This document shows, one piece after another, positions 10,520 through 22,896 of a stretch of 64,000 nt of DNA (position 1 is the stretch's first letter; each line of letters opens with the position of its first letter). The notes under the pieces were generated by a model that ran no database searches, was not told the origin of the DNA, and saw only the letters and a program-made list of their open reading frames with translations. Source of the stretch: Azolla caroliniana (Eukaryota; Plantae; Polypodiophyta); the NCBI GenBank assembly GCA_043228905.1, contig JBHGNT010000018.1, positions 10,478,001 to 10,542,000 of the forward strand, given 5' to 3'. The position numbers and the translations under genes are program-made.

Positions 10520-11385
10520 TTATCTATTGTTTTTTAATTCCCCCAAACCCTCAAACTAAGAAACCCAATATTTGCAAACCTAATCGACATATGGACTCTA
10601 ATTCAGCCATAAAAACTAGACAATAACATCACATACTCTTTTACGATTAATCATTTTCAAATTCCCTAGACATTCAACCTAAGAAACCCATAATTTATGA
10701 ACTTAATCACCATATAGAGTTCAATTCAGCAATAAAAGCAAGACAAATACATCACATACTCTTCCACAGTCAATAATTTTTGGATTCCCTTAACCCTCAG
10801 GCTAAGAAACCCATAATTTGTGAACCTAATCGACATATGGAGTCTAATTCAGCCATAAAAACAAGACAAATACATCACATACTCTTTCACATTCAATAAT
10901 TTTCAAATTCCCTTAACCCTCAGATTAAGAAACCTATAATTTAGGAACCTAATCGATGTATGAACTCTAATTCAGCCATAAAAACAAGACCAATACACCA
11001 TATACTCTTCCACAATCAATAATCTTTGAATTCCCTAAACCCACGGACTAAGACACCCATAATTTGTAAACCTAATTGATATATGGACTCTAATTCGGCC
11101 ATAAAAACCAAACGAATACATAACAAACTCTTCTACAATCAATTATTTTTCATTTCCCTAAACCTCGATCTAAGAAACCTATAATTTATGAACCTAATCA
11201 CCATATGGACTCCAATTCAACAATTAAAACAAGACAAATACATCGTTTACTCTTCCATAGTCAATAATTTTCGAATTCCCTAAACCCTATCTGATTAAGC
11301 AATAAAAATAAGACACATGCATCACATACTCTTCCACATCCAATTATTTTTTAGTTCCCTAAACCCTCGGTCTTAGAAAACCTAG
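10520..11385. repeat. Tandem array of about 123-bp units (about 6.5-7 copies) inside the pogo-like element
   Basis: TAAGA(A/C)ACC motif at 10557, 10680, 10803, 10926, 11049 and 11171, then a partial unit. Confidence 0.9.
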
Positions 11386-11937
11386 AAATGCACAGACAAT
11401 CTACGTACCCGGAGAAGATGATAGGAGCACAAATAGTGTGTTGAGAAGAGATAAGGTGAAGAAATAGTATTCTATGCAGTTGCGCGTGATCAATGAAGAA
11501 GCAAACAGGGTTTGATCAGTGGCTGTTGGGGCTACACTCTCTAAAATGTGCAGACAAAACAAAATTTGGGGAAAAAAAAATTGTGTGTAAAAAGCCCTAA
11601 GTACGCAGCTCGGTTAAGTATGCACTTCTTCCTTGCGTTCAAAGTGCGTAGTTAACCGAATGTTTACTGTATAAATGGGTGTAATGTATGTATATACATA
11701 TTCATGGACGTAATATTTGAAGAATGTAGGTATATATGGATGCATGCATATGTATGTATGTATGTATGTATGTTACTTCAAATTTGAGTATTGTTTGCAT
11801 AATATATTCTTTACTACCTCATTGAAATATCTAATATTTCATGGGCTTATGTAAAAAAAAAATTCCAACATAATTGAGAATACCCTTATGTAAATATATT
11901 TTCAAATCTTTATTAATACCCTTATATATATTATATT

Positions 11938-13824
11938 ATGTATCTCGGTTACGGAACCGATGGGAACTTTGGTTACCGGCTATGGGACCCTGAGAACCGG
12001 AAACTAATCCGGAGCAGTGACGTAGTTTTCAATAAAGACTCTATCTTCTCTCAGCAGCACCAGCAGAAAATAGTTGGTAAAAAGGTATCCTTCAAAGACG
12101 ACAAAGACTCAGAGATTCGACAAACAGTCGAACTCGACCAAGCCGACAACATACCTACCGACTCTGAATCGGTAGGAAGTCCACTAGTCGAACTCGAAAA
12201 CAAAGCCATCAAAGACAGAGCCGATTTGACAAGAGTCGAAGAAGGCAAAGTTAACAAGATGCGAGTAGGACACAAAACCGAGTCGACAAAGTCCATAGGG
12301 GAGGACAACGTGACACCACCGAAATCCCGACTTGGGAGCGGGTCACCTAACAAGACTCCTAACACAAATGGTTCAACAAATACCGATCACCCAGCAGAGT
12401 CAATCGAAGAATCCGAACTACTTATCTCGGCACCTAGGAGATCTGGATGAGCTCGAAGGCCAACAGAGTTTTTTCAACCGGGCCTCGACTATGTCAACTA
12501 CACCGATGCGGGCAAACCAAGCACTTATGAAGAAGCCATGTCCGTAACGGACGTTGAAACATGGCTACAAGCCATGAAATCCGAAATGGACTCCATTCAC
12601 AAGAATCTGACATGGGAGTTGGTCAAACTACCAGCTGGAAGGAAACCGCTACCTTGCAAATGGGTTTTCCGATACAAATATGTATCTGACTCAGAGAAAC
12701 CCAAATACAAAGCTCGGCTTGTCACGAAAGGTTTCAAACAAGAACACGGGGTCGACTACGACGAGATATTCTCACCAGTAGTCAAGACGACCACCCTCCG
12801 ACTCCTACTAGGAGTTGTAGCAACAAAAGACTTGGATCTCAAGCAAATGGATGTAAAGACGGCATTCCTACACGGAGATATGGAAGAAGAAATTTACATG
12901 TCTCAACCGGCAGGCTTCACAGTGACAAGGAAGAAAAGTCACCTCGTATTTCGATTGAAGAAAAGTCTCTATGGCTTGAAACAAGCACCAAGGATGTGGT
13001 ACTAGAAGTTCGACTCTTACATCAAGCAACTTGGATACCGCCGATTCGACTCCGACCCATGTATGTATGTTCGGAAACTCGCCAATAAGTCTAGGATTTA
13101 CCTGATCCTATATGTCGACGACATGCTAATCGCAGGAAGCAATCAAGCAGAGATCGGAAAGTTGAAGCAGAGCCTGCATGACAAGTTTGCGATGACGGAA
13201 CTCATACAAGCCCATCACATACTAGGTATGAGATATTGAGCGAAATCGGACAACCAAGACTCTCCGACTCTCCTAGTTCGACTATATCGGGAAGGTGTTG
13301 AGGCACTTCAACATGAAGAATGCGAAGCCAGCACCAATACCGCTTCCAACGTCGATCCGACTATCAGACAGAAACTCTCCTTCAACGGACAAGGAGAGAG
13401 AGCTTAATGGAAAGATGCTTTGTGCATTAGTCGTAGGAATTATCATGTACACAATGGTGGCGAGCTGACCCGACCTAGCCTATGTCATAGGAATGGTCAG
13501 CTGGTACATGTCAAACCCAGGACGGAAGCATTGGGAGGCCGTCAAGCACATCTTCAGGTACTTGAGAGGGACCAATGATACACAGCTGACTTTCGATTTG
13601 ACAACCTCACCCGAAGTCGAAGGCTACACTAACTCCAACCATGCCGGAAATACGGACAATCGGAAGTCAACATCAGGCTATATTTTCACCTATGGTGGCG
13701 ATGCGATAACATGGAGGTCGAAGCTTCAAGAGTACATGGCCTTGTCGACCACAGAGGCCGAGTACATAGCAGTATCGGAGGCAGCGAAGCGATTTGGCTG
13801 CACTGACTATCTGCCAACTTCTCA
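11938..13824 (+). pseudogene. Ty1/Copia pol fragment (end of INT, RT, RNase H), degenerate
   Basis: YLGYG..GYRLWD; KWVF..KARLV; QMDVKTAFLHG; SLYGLKQAPR; YVDD; RKSTSGY. Multiple stops and frameshifts. Confidence 0.92.
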
Positions 13825-16115
13825 TACCTATCAATGTTAGCAAACATACATTGTCGATTCCCACGATCCTGCATGCGTTGTCATTCCCCATCTTCACATA
13901 GTCATAGTCGTCGGTTGTATACAATGAGAAGCATTCTCTATTGGGGGTTAGGTGAAACGACTCATCGAAATTGACCACCCATATCGATTCTTCTCCAGCG
14001 AGGTTTATATCATTTTGTTCACTGATGAATAGTAGTTCCTCCTCAATCAAGGCGATAGCTGAGGTGGTCATGTTAATAAAATCTTTTTCGGTTCAACACC
14101 TTTAGCTCCCCCTTTGTCCTTTCGATTGTGCCGATAGTTCTTCTAGAAGTGCCCCAACTTCCCACAGTAGAAGCACATGAGCCTTCCCTTCGACTTCGAC
14201 CTCGGTCTAGACCTGTCCCTGTTCTGCAGACTTCTCTGCATGCCCCTTTCTCGGTTGTAGTCACCTTCTGTGACTAGGGCCTTATGATCAGAGACGGACT
14301 CTCTGTCCTTTTGGCGAGCTTCTTCATTCAGTTAGCTCAACTTTACCATCTCAAGATAAAGTTGCTTCCCTTGTGGTCCGGTGGTACCCAAGGTAATCAC
14401 GAGCGTCTCGTAGTTGTCCGGAAGGGATCCAACAGAAACAATGCCAATACCTCGTCGGTCAGAGGTACTTGCAGAGAGGTGGTCTGGTTTATTAATCCTT
14501 AGAAGGCGTCCAGGTGCTCAACCGTGCTTGAGCCATCCTGATATCTCAATCTGACGATCTTCTTGAAGGTGGAGACTTTGTTTACGGCATTCTTGTTCTT
14601 GAACATGAACCCGATCTTCGTCCAAAGTAAGTCAGTGTCTGCCTCTTTATCAAAGTTATTTTATAGACTCATGTCTATAAAACACTTTATGTATGTTGTT
14701 TCCTTCAGATGCATGACTTCCCAGGTCGATGCATCGATCTTGTCAGGCTTGCTCTTCCCGAACTATACTAGCAGCCATAGGTCTTTGCATACAAGCATGT
14801 CCCTCATCTTCGACTTCCAAACTGAGTAGTTGGAGTCGGTTAGCTTGAACATTCCACTGAATGAGTCATCCATATTCCGTTATTTGAAAGTTAGAAACCT
14901 TCGCTCTAATACCACTTTGTTGAATATGGGATCGGCCACAACCAATTACCAAGCACAAACGCGAAAGACAGAAAATTGAAATAACAGAAGATAATGCACT
15001 AACACAAAGACACAAGATATTAACGTGAAAACCCTAAAATGGGGAAAACCACAGGAGCCCACAGACTCCGAACAGAATCACTATATCGAGAGGAAATACA
15101 TAAATAAGAATCTCACGGCAATGAACTTGAGTTCTTCTTCGTCTGATAGACTGCTGCTGTGAAAGTGTTTTTAGAATTCAAGGTATTGAAGTCTACAAAA
15201 ATATAAGGTATGGAGCATTCACACCCGAAGGCCAAGAACACGAGCTAAGGTTTCAAGTATAAGTCAAACTAAAAGCAAGAAAGATGGAGAAAAGTAAAAG
15301 AAGGAAAAAGCAGACCACCAAAAAGCAGTCAGAAACAAACGCTCATAACTCTCTCGTTTGACACCCAAATATCACGTGTAAATATGGGTTAGAAAGCTTA
15401 TGACGAGAGCTATCCGTAGCTTTTTAAAACTCTAAATTGGGAGCATGGAGGAGGGAGATATGATGATTAGAAGATCGTTGTGTCATAGCTAAGAATAGGA
15501 GATGGAAAAGCTCTAATAAAAGCGTGGAAAAGAAAGCAAGCGAAACTTATCTACTAGAGGAGAACTTCATATAAAGCAAGAAGAGTGAGGTGGTGAGGAG
15601 GGCTTTTTTCTTGTGGTGTTTTTCTTGCCTATTCATGTAGTGCTTTTTTCTAGTGATCAATTCATCCTTGTAGGCTTGAGTTTATGTATCTTCTTTCTCT
15701 TGTTTCTATGATCATCACTCCTTATTAATATATCTTTGTAGATTTGGGTTTCTATATCTTCCTTCTCTCTCTTTTCTATCATCATCTCTCTTTTCAGCTG
15801 CAAAGTTACAACTCTTTCACACACACTCTCACTACACTCTTATGCATAGTAATGATTCTTTTCTTTAAATACGTGCCCTAACTATATTTATACTCATGTA
15901 CATATATGACTATTTACAAATATAGCCCAGTCGGATTCGGATGATTCGGCTAATAGCCAAATCGGTTATCGATCGATTTGTCGGTTAGTTGATTTTTTGG
16001 CCTCGACTGAGTTAGTTATTGACTGATTCAGGTTATCCCTTCAGTCAATACTTAATCAACTCAATCTGATCTGGCTCGTGTTTTCTTCCCATTCAGATGG
16101 AACTATTTCCTGACA
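13825..16115 (-). mobile_element. Copia 5' fragment (LTR, degenerate Met-i PBS, gag, protease), related to element E
   Basis: LTR 14918-16115 similar to the E LTR; CTCTAATACCA at 14904-14914; gag MDDSFSGMFKLTDSNYSVW; CFYCGK knuckle; WVVNFDESFHLT. Confidence 0.85.
15158..15796. mobile_element. Solo LTR (639 bp) inserted in the Copia LTR
   Basis: TGTGAAAG...CTTTTCA flanked by the 5-bp TSD GCTGC (15153-15157 and 15797-15801). Confidence 0.75.
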
Positions 16116-16520
16116 CTTAGAAGGGCCTAACGAGCGGACAAGCCAAGCAGACGAGTCAAGATGTGTCGGACATGAGGGGTCGTGGGATGCGGAACTGTAT
16201 TGGGCGTGGAGCGCGAGCCAAGTGGGAGGACACTAGGAGGAGTCGGTTGCAAGGACCGGCTACATCTGCCACGACGGATCGACCTCAAGTTGAGCTTGAG
16301 GGGGAGTGTTGAGCGAGCAAGCTCAACATGGGCCAGACCGGTTGGAAAAGTAGGTAGGACAGACCGGAATCGATATAGTTGGCTAGGCCCACTTAGGCTG
16401 ATAAGCCTAAGCTCCGAACTGGGTTCTAGATCGGTTGAAGAAGCCGGATACCAGATCTGGATAATGAAGTGGTTGCGAATGTCGTTTGAAACGTCACATA
16501 TGCCGAGTAGAACTATTTTA
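16116..16520 (+). mobile_element. 3' UTR, PPT and partial 3' LTR of another Copia-like element
   Basis: AAGTTGAGCTTGAGGGGGAG|TGTTGAG with LTR start at 16307; the same PPT context occurs at 63978-64000. Right boundary uncertain. Confidence 0.55.
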
Positions 16521-16713
16521 TTAAAATAGGTCCAACGTAGGAAATCAGTGCCATGTGCTATTTTAAGAACATTGAAGTACATGTTAGTACTTCTTAATGG
16601 CCCTCACAAAAGGGCTTGTATATATAAAGTGCACATAAGCACTATGAAATGTACTGAGTGTTTTTGGAGTATCCAATAATGGAATTTTTTATTGTCTACT
16701 CTCTCTCTCTCTC

Positions 16714-17508
16714 TTTTCTTTTTTTCTTTTTTTCGTAAATCAATGTTTTGTTATTAAAACAAGGTGATAATACAACCCTTGCTATCTTCACTACATCATG
16801 AGTAGTGATAATGCATGGGAAACCCTCTCAAGTGTTGCAAAACTAGATGGCATACCTCTATCTCCTCTCGGGACAATGTCCCCAAACAACATAGTTGCGA
16901 AAATTGCCACATCAATTTCCCTTTCATCCTACGAAGTTGTTGTGTTACCCCATGAAGTCCATCAAACAAGAACCCATTTCTCATGGTCCAATTAAACCAC
17001 ATCCCCCAATACCTAAGGTAGTCAAACACGACCTTATATGATGGTGCAGGCATGCCTTTATTGTCATCAATAAAAACCTAGTTAAAAGGTGACAAAATAT
17101 TGCTTGTTCTCGATGCCCAAATTTGTGATATAACCACCCAAATGGCTTTAGCAACCAGACATGTAATGAACCTATGTTTGGCATCTTCCTCAACCACCGT
17201 GCAAAAAAAACATGTTCCATTTGAAATATTTCGCCGTTTTAAAGCCATCGCCAAAGGCAACCCACCAACAATCACACGCCAAAGAAACACCTTAGCACGA
17301 AACGGAAGATGAGACTGCCATCCTGCATCCAAAACTCTACTCCACCACTTTGCATGTCGAGTAATATACCATGTGTTCCAGATAACCAAGCGACATCTTC
17401 CCAACTCATACTCAATCATATGATCCTCTAAATTTAGCAATGCAACTCCCCCTAACCATTTTGGAGTACAAATATTGTTCGATGATACCCAACTCATACT
17501 CAATCTTG

Positions 17509-17510
<2 letters not shown>
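16714..17510 (-). mobile_element. 5'-truncated L1-type LINE (ORF2 C-terminal zf-RVT region and A-rich tail)
   Basis: PKWLGGVALLNL; AKVFLWRVIVGGLP...CFFC..EEDAKHRFITC; A-rich tail at about 16714-16734. Confidence 0.85.

Positions 17511-17560
<50 letters not shown>
17511..17560. repeat. (CT)n microsatellite
   Basis: About 25 CT units. Confidence 0.95.
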
Positions 17561-17564
<4 letters not shown>

Positions 17565-18389
17565 ACTCTGTGTTTTGTGTTAATGAAACTGTTCATCTTC
17601 CAGATAACCAAGCGACTATCGATTCAAAAGTTTCCATATATTGTAAATCTTTACAAGAATTAACTTCGATCTCGTGTTGGTCTTTAAACAAATAATTTTT
17701 GTGCCTACCACCTTTGATGGTCCATCATTTCCCATCTTCACAACTCCAAAATCACCTGAAGTATAAGAACTAAAAAATGACGAGGATTAGCGCGGAATAT
17801 TGCTCGGCCACAACCGAGTCTTGAACACTTCGATGAGAATGGAGAACACAGAAATGAGAACTAAAGAGTGAACACAAGATGTTTACATGGAAAACCCTAA
17901 TAGGGAAAAACCACAGGAGCCCACAGACTCCGAACTATCACTATGAAGAGAAGGGGTACAATCAGAGACTCGTAGGCAATGACCTCGAGCTCAGTTTCTT
18001 CGCCAACCAGCGGTTACAACAGAGTATCGCTCTGTATCTCTCTCTCTCCCTCTCTGTCGCTCTCTTCTGTACAACAGTTACAACAACTATACTTCACACC
18101 CTCCAAAGTGATTGCCTTAAGTCATATTTATACTTATATGAACGTAGGGCTATTTACAAATATAGCCTCAATAGGCTTACTCAAAACATATTCTCTTCCG
18201 GTTCTCACCGGCTCTCTTCCAATTCTCACCGGGTCTCCTCTGGTTCTCATCGGCTCTCTTCCAGTTCTCACCAGGTCTCCTCCGGTTTCCGAATCTCTTC
18301 CGGTTCTCACCGGGTTCTCTTTATTCATCACCAGATCCCATCCGGAGAGACCAATTTCCCAACAATCTCCCCCTTCACTCCGGCATGGG

Positions 18390-21300
18390 ATATCTTGTCA
18401 GCCTGATCTGCATTCGACATGCATCCACCTTGTCGGTTGTCATGACCTTGGTTAGCATGTCTGACCCGTTCTCCTCCATGTAGATCTTCGTCAGCACGAA
18501 CTCTTGATCTTCTACTCTCTCCCGGATCTAGTGGTACCTCCGCTAGATATGTTTCGTCCAGGAATGCTAGGCCACATTCTTTGCAAGGTGGATGGCACTT
18601 TGACTGTCGCAATAGAGCCGGTATTCCTCCTGTTGGATCCCTAGCTCTCCAATGAAGTCCTTCATCTAGATTATCTCCTTGCCGGCTTCTACAGCTGCCA
18701 TGTACTCCGCCTCCATGGTTGACAATGCAACCGTCTTCTGCAGCCTTGACTACCATGAAACAGCTCCCCCTGCATACGTCATGACATATCCGGATGTAGA
18801 CCGGCTGGTATCTGCATCAGCCGACATATCCGAATCCGTGAATACGTCAAGTTGGAGATTACCGGAGCCAAACCGGAGGCACATACTCGAAGTGCCTTTC
18901 AGATACCGGAGTATCCACTTGACCGTGTTCCAATGCTCTTTGTCGGGATTGCTCATGAACCGGCTCACCTCTCCGACAGCATATCCGATATCCAGCCGGG
19001 TACATACCATCGCGTACATCAAGCTCCCGACGGCAGAGGCATATGGGATCTTCATCATATCCATCTTCTCCGCTTTTGTCCTCAGGCTTTGTTTTGCGGA
19101 TAACTTGCAATTTGCCGGAAGTGTCGATCCGACCAATTTCGCCTCCGACATGTTGAACCGTTGAAGCACCTTTGTTACATACTTCTCCTATGACAGCCAC
19201 AACAGCTTCTTCGACCAGTCCCGGATGATGTGCATTCCCAATGTCTGTCTTGCCGGCCCCAATTCTTTCATTGAGAAGGTCCGGTTCTGAGCCTTCTTCA
19301 GCATCCGAATCTTGCCTTGGTCTCGTCCGACGATCAGCATATCATCCACATACAGGAGGAGTATCAGGAAATCTCCTCCATGAAATTTCTTCACAAACAC
19401 GCAGTGATCGGTCTGCGTCTTGTGGTACCCTTGGTCGGTCATGAAGGAGTCGAACTTCCGGTACCATTGCCAGGGAGCTTGCTTCAATCCGTATAAGCTC
19501 TTCTTCAACCGACACACCAGGTGCTCCTTCCCTTTCTTCTCAAATCCTTCCGCTTGATGCATGTAGATCTCCTCTTCGAGGTCACCATGGAGGAATGTCA
19601 TCTTCATGTCCAACTGCTCTACCTCGAGGTCCATGCTTGCCGCTATGCCCAATACCGTCCGGATGGATGTCATCTTTACTACCGGGGCAAAGATCTCATC
19701 GAAGTTCACTCCTTTCTTCTGCTGGAAGCCCTTCACCACGATTTGGGCCTTATACCTTGGTGGATTTCCGGCATCTCCCAGTTTCAGCTTGTACACCCAC
19801 TTGTTCCGGAGTGCCCTCTTTTCTTTCGGCAACTCCGTCAGTTCATACGTGTGGTTCTCATGCAAGGAATCCATCTCATCCTCCATGGCACTCAACCATT
19901 TGCGGTTGTGGGTGTCTCTCTTTGCTTCTTCGAGGCTTTCCGGCTCCCCCTCATCAGTTAGCAACACATGCTCTGCATCCGAAAATCTCCGGAGGGCTCT
20001 TCTCTCTCAGAGAGGATATTTCCGTCCCTGGTTTCTGACTGTCGGTTCCTCCGTTCATTCCTCATCCAAATCCGATTTGGGATCTTGTCCGGTTCCGGTG
20101 TCTTCTTCTTCTTCTTCGGTCAGTTCGGTTTCTTGTCCGTATCCGGCCGGTTCGTCAAGTGTCATCCGGTTACCGGCTAGCATCCGGTTTTCAACCAGGT
20201 AAGTCCTTGTGTCCTCGGGCCGGTTTTCATTGAATGATCTGGCATTCATCACCTTCTTCTCCAACTTCCAGTCGGCAATGGTCCTGTCTTTCATGAAGAC
20301 TATGTCCCAACTCCGGAACACCTTCTTGTCGACAAGATCCCACATCCGATAACCGAACTCATCATCGTCGTATCCAAGGAATATGCATGGCCTTCGGCAC
20401 AGTAAACTCGAGCCGGATTCCCTTCGACCGGCAGTACTCCTCGAACCGTTATCTACTTGAACCACATTCAGCTTCCAGCCGGTTTCTCTTTCCACTCTCG
20501 CGTGGAGCTCCTTGAAGACGGATAGCACCAAATCCTTCGTCTTGAATGGTGAGACCCACAGCTCCCGGTTGTGGTCATCTATGAACGTCACAAAGTACTG
20601 CGATCCGGCATGTGACTTCGTGTCCACTTGACACACCTCGGTATGCACCAGCTCTAGTGGTGCATTCCATCTCATCGGTGGTCTTGACCGGAAGGAGGTT
20701 CAGTTTTTCTTGCCGGCCAAGCAATCGTTGCACTTCTCAAGTTGCACGTCCTTCACCGGAATGAGGTTGTCTTCGGCAAGCCTCTTCATCCCCTTCTCAC
20801 TCATGTGACACAGTCTTTGTGCCACAGCTCACCTGCAGTGTCGGATGCTACGTTCACTTCTTCCCGGCATATCCAGGCATTCATTAAGTATAGTGTGTTG
20901 ATCTTCCGGGCTCGAGCCACTATCAAGCTTCCCTTGCTGAATTTCATAACACCGTTCCGGATGCTACCCGTGTAGCCTTCATCATCTAGCCCACCGGCTA
21001 ATATCAGGTTCAGTGGAACCTCCGGAACGTGTCGGAGATCCTTCAACAACAATTTGCATACGGTTGATGTCATCAACAACACATCTCCTATGCCGATAAT
21101 TTGGCATGTACCTTCATTCCCCATCCGGACACAACCATGATCACCAGTTGTGTAGGATGAGAAGCATTTCCTATCAAGTGTCAGATGGAACGACGCTCCG
21201 GAATCGACAACCCCTCTTGTCTCGTCGCCGACAAGGTTTAACTCATTCTCTTCGGTAATCAACATCAATTCTTCTTCATTTGTCACGATCGCCGACGTTC

Positions 21301-22109
21301 CCTTCCGATCCGGGCCTCTCCGGTCCGAATCGTTTCAATCCGAACTCTTCTTCAAATTGGTGGTGCCGGTTTCTTTCTCTTTCTGGAAATGCCGACAGTT
21401 CTTCTGGAAGTGCCCTGGCTTCCCACAGTAGAAGCAAGTAGGCCTCCCCCTTGACTTCGACCTCGTCCCCGACTTGTCCCAGTTTTGGGGACTCCGATAC
21501 CGGCCTCTTCCCCAATTGTGGTCATCTTCTATGACCAAGGCCTTCAAATCGGTTCCAGTCCTTCCAGCGAGCTTCTTCATCTAGCAAGCTTGATTTTACC
21601 CTTGCTATGGACAACTATTTTCCTTCTGGCCCAGCGTTGCCCAATGTGACAACTAACGTCTCCTAGCTATCTTGGAGGGAACCGAGCAGGATCAATGCTA
21701 GTACCTCATTGGCGAGAGGTACTTCCAATGAGGTTGCTTGATGTATCAGCCCCTTGAAGGCACTCATGTGCTCCGCCATCTAAAGCCTCACTAGCTTCCA
21801 GAATACCGAAACCCAATTAACGGCATTCTTATTCTGGAACATGATGTCGATCTTCTCCCAAAGTTCATGAGCCTTGCTCTCTTCATTGAAGTTGTTGTAC
21901 AGACTCATGTTGATGAAGCACCGGATGTATGTCATCGTCTTCATGTGCATCACCTCCCACACTGTGGCGTCGATCTTATCCGGTCTCTTGTCCCCAAACT
22001 GAACCAGCAACCAAAGATCTTTGACCAGCAACATATCCCGCATCTTCGACTTCCACACTGAGTAGTTGGAGTCGGTGAGCTTGAACATGCCACCGAATGA
22101 TTCTTCCAT
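18390..22109 (-). pseudogene. gag-pol of Copia E (stops, frameshifts, deletion in the integrase core near 20390)
   Basis: CFYCGKPGHFQKNC; VVDSGASFH; LELVHT; SLYGLKQAP; LYVDD; RSTSGY. Confidence 0.9.
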
Positions 22110-22483
22110 TTCCCGTGTTGTTCACTCTGATACCAGTTTGATGAGGATTAGCGCGGAATATTGCTCGGCCACAACTGAGTCTTGAACACTTCGATGAGAA
22201 TGGAGAACACAGAAATGAGAACTAAAGAGTGAACACAAGATGTTTACGTGGAAAACCCTAATAGAGAAAAACCACGGGAGCCCACAGACTCCGAACTATC
22301 ACTATGAAGAGAAGGGGGTACTATCATGATGGCACTTACATGCAATTTGGGCTTACAAGGAATCAAACCCACAACCTTGTTATATTCACATCGAGTTCTT
22401 GACCATTGTAATGATATATTTATTTGTAAAAGAATTGATAAACTATATGAAATACTATCTAGAGTAATCTAGAGTACTCTATG

Positions 22484-22615
22484 TTCTAGAATGTTCTAGA
22501 ATATTCTAGAGTGCTCTTTTGTCTAGGAAATTCTAGAAAATTCTAGCATGGTCTTTATTCTAGGAAGTTCTAGAATATTCTAGCATGGTCTTTATTCTAG
22601 GACTTTCTAGAATAT
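22484..22615 (+). promoter_or_regulatory. Heat-shock-element-like nGAAn inverted arrays upstream of the LTR TATA box
   Basis: TTCtaGAAtgTTCtaGAAtaTTC at 22484-22506, with further TTCnnGAAnnTTC at 22531 and 22568; TATAAAT at 22628. Repeated in the 3' LTR at about 33305-33400. Confidence 0.65.
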
Positions 22616-22739
22616 CCTATTAAAACTTATAAATATGCATATTACCATAAGGGATGAACCAATTTGGTTCAATGTCATTCTAGAGCTCCCTTGTTTACTC
22701 GTTGTATTCCACTCTTCTATTGCAATACATTATCTTTAC

Positions 22740-22779
<40 letters not shown>

Positions 22780-22896
22780 ACAGTTGGAACCAAATTTCTT
22801 CTTTCCTTCCTCATTTCTTTCTCTTCCAAGAACCTTAATAACTTTCCTTCTTTCTTTTCCTCTTCCTTCGTACGATATGGAGTCTGTGAGCAAACA

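Larger units (their letters stand above)
9638..11669 (-). mobile_element. pogo/Tigger-like (Tc1/mariner superfamily) DNA transposon, 5' half; interrupted by element A
   Basis: Terminus TA|CAGTAAACATTCGGTTAAC at 11669 with subterminal imperfect palindrome (11611-11658); CENP-B-type transposase remnant. Confidence 0.8.

Noticed and set aside
10520-11385. CRISPR-like array
   Set aside because: Whole units are homologous with no unique spacers, there are no cas genes, and the context is eukaryotic.
15158-15821. Longer solo-LTR boundary using the 8-bp inverted match TGTGAAAG/CTTTCACA
   Set aside because: Only the 15796 end yields a TSD (GCTGC) and restores the host LTR.
17879-18455. ORFs with SSGSHR-type repeats, and the similar ORFs at 33448-33951
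   Set aside because: They lie in Copia E LTRs and arise from ~21-bp CCGGTTCTCA subrepeats.
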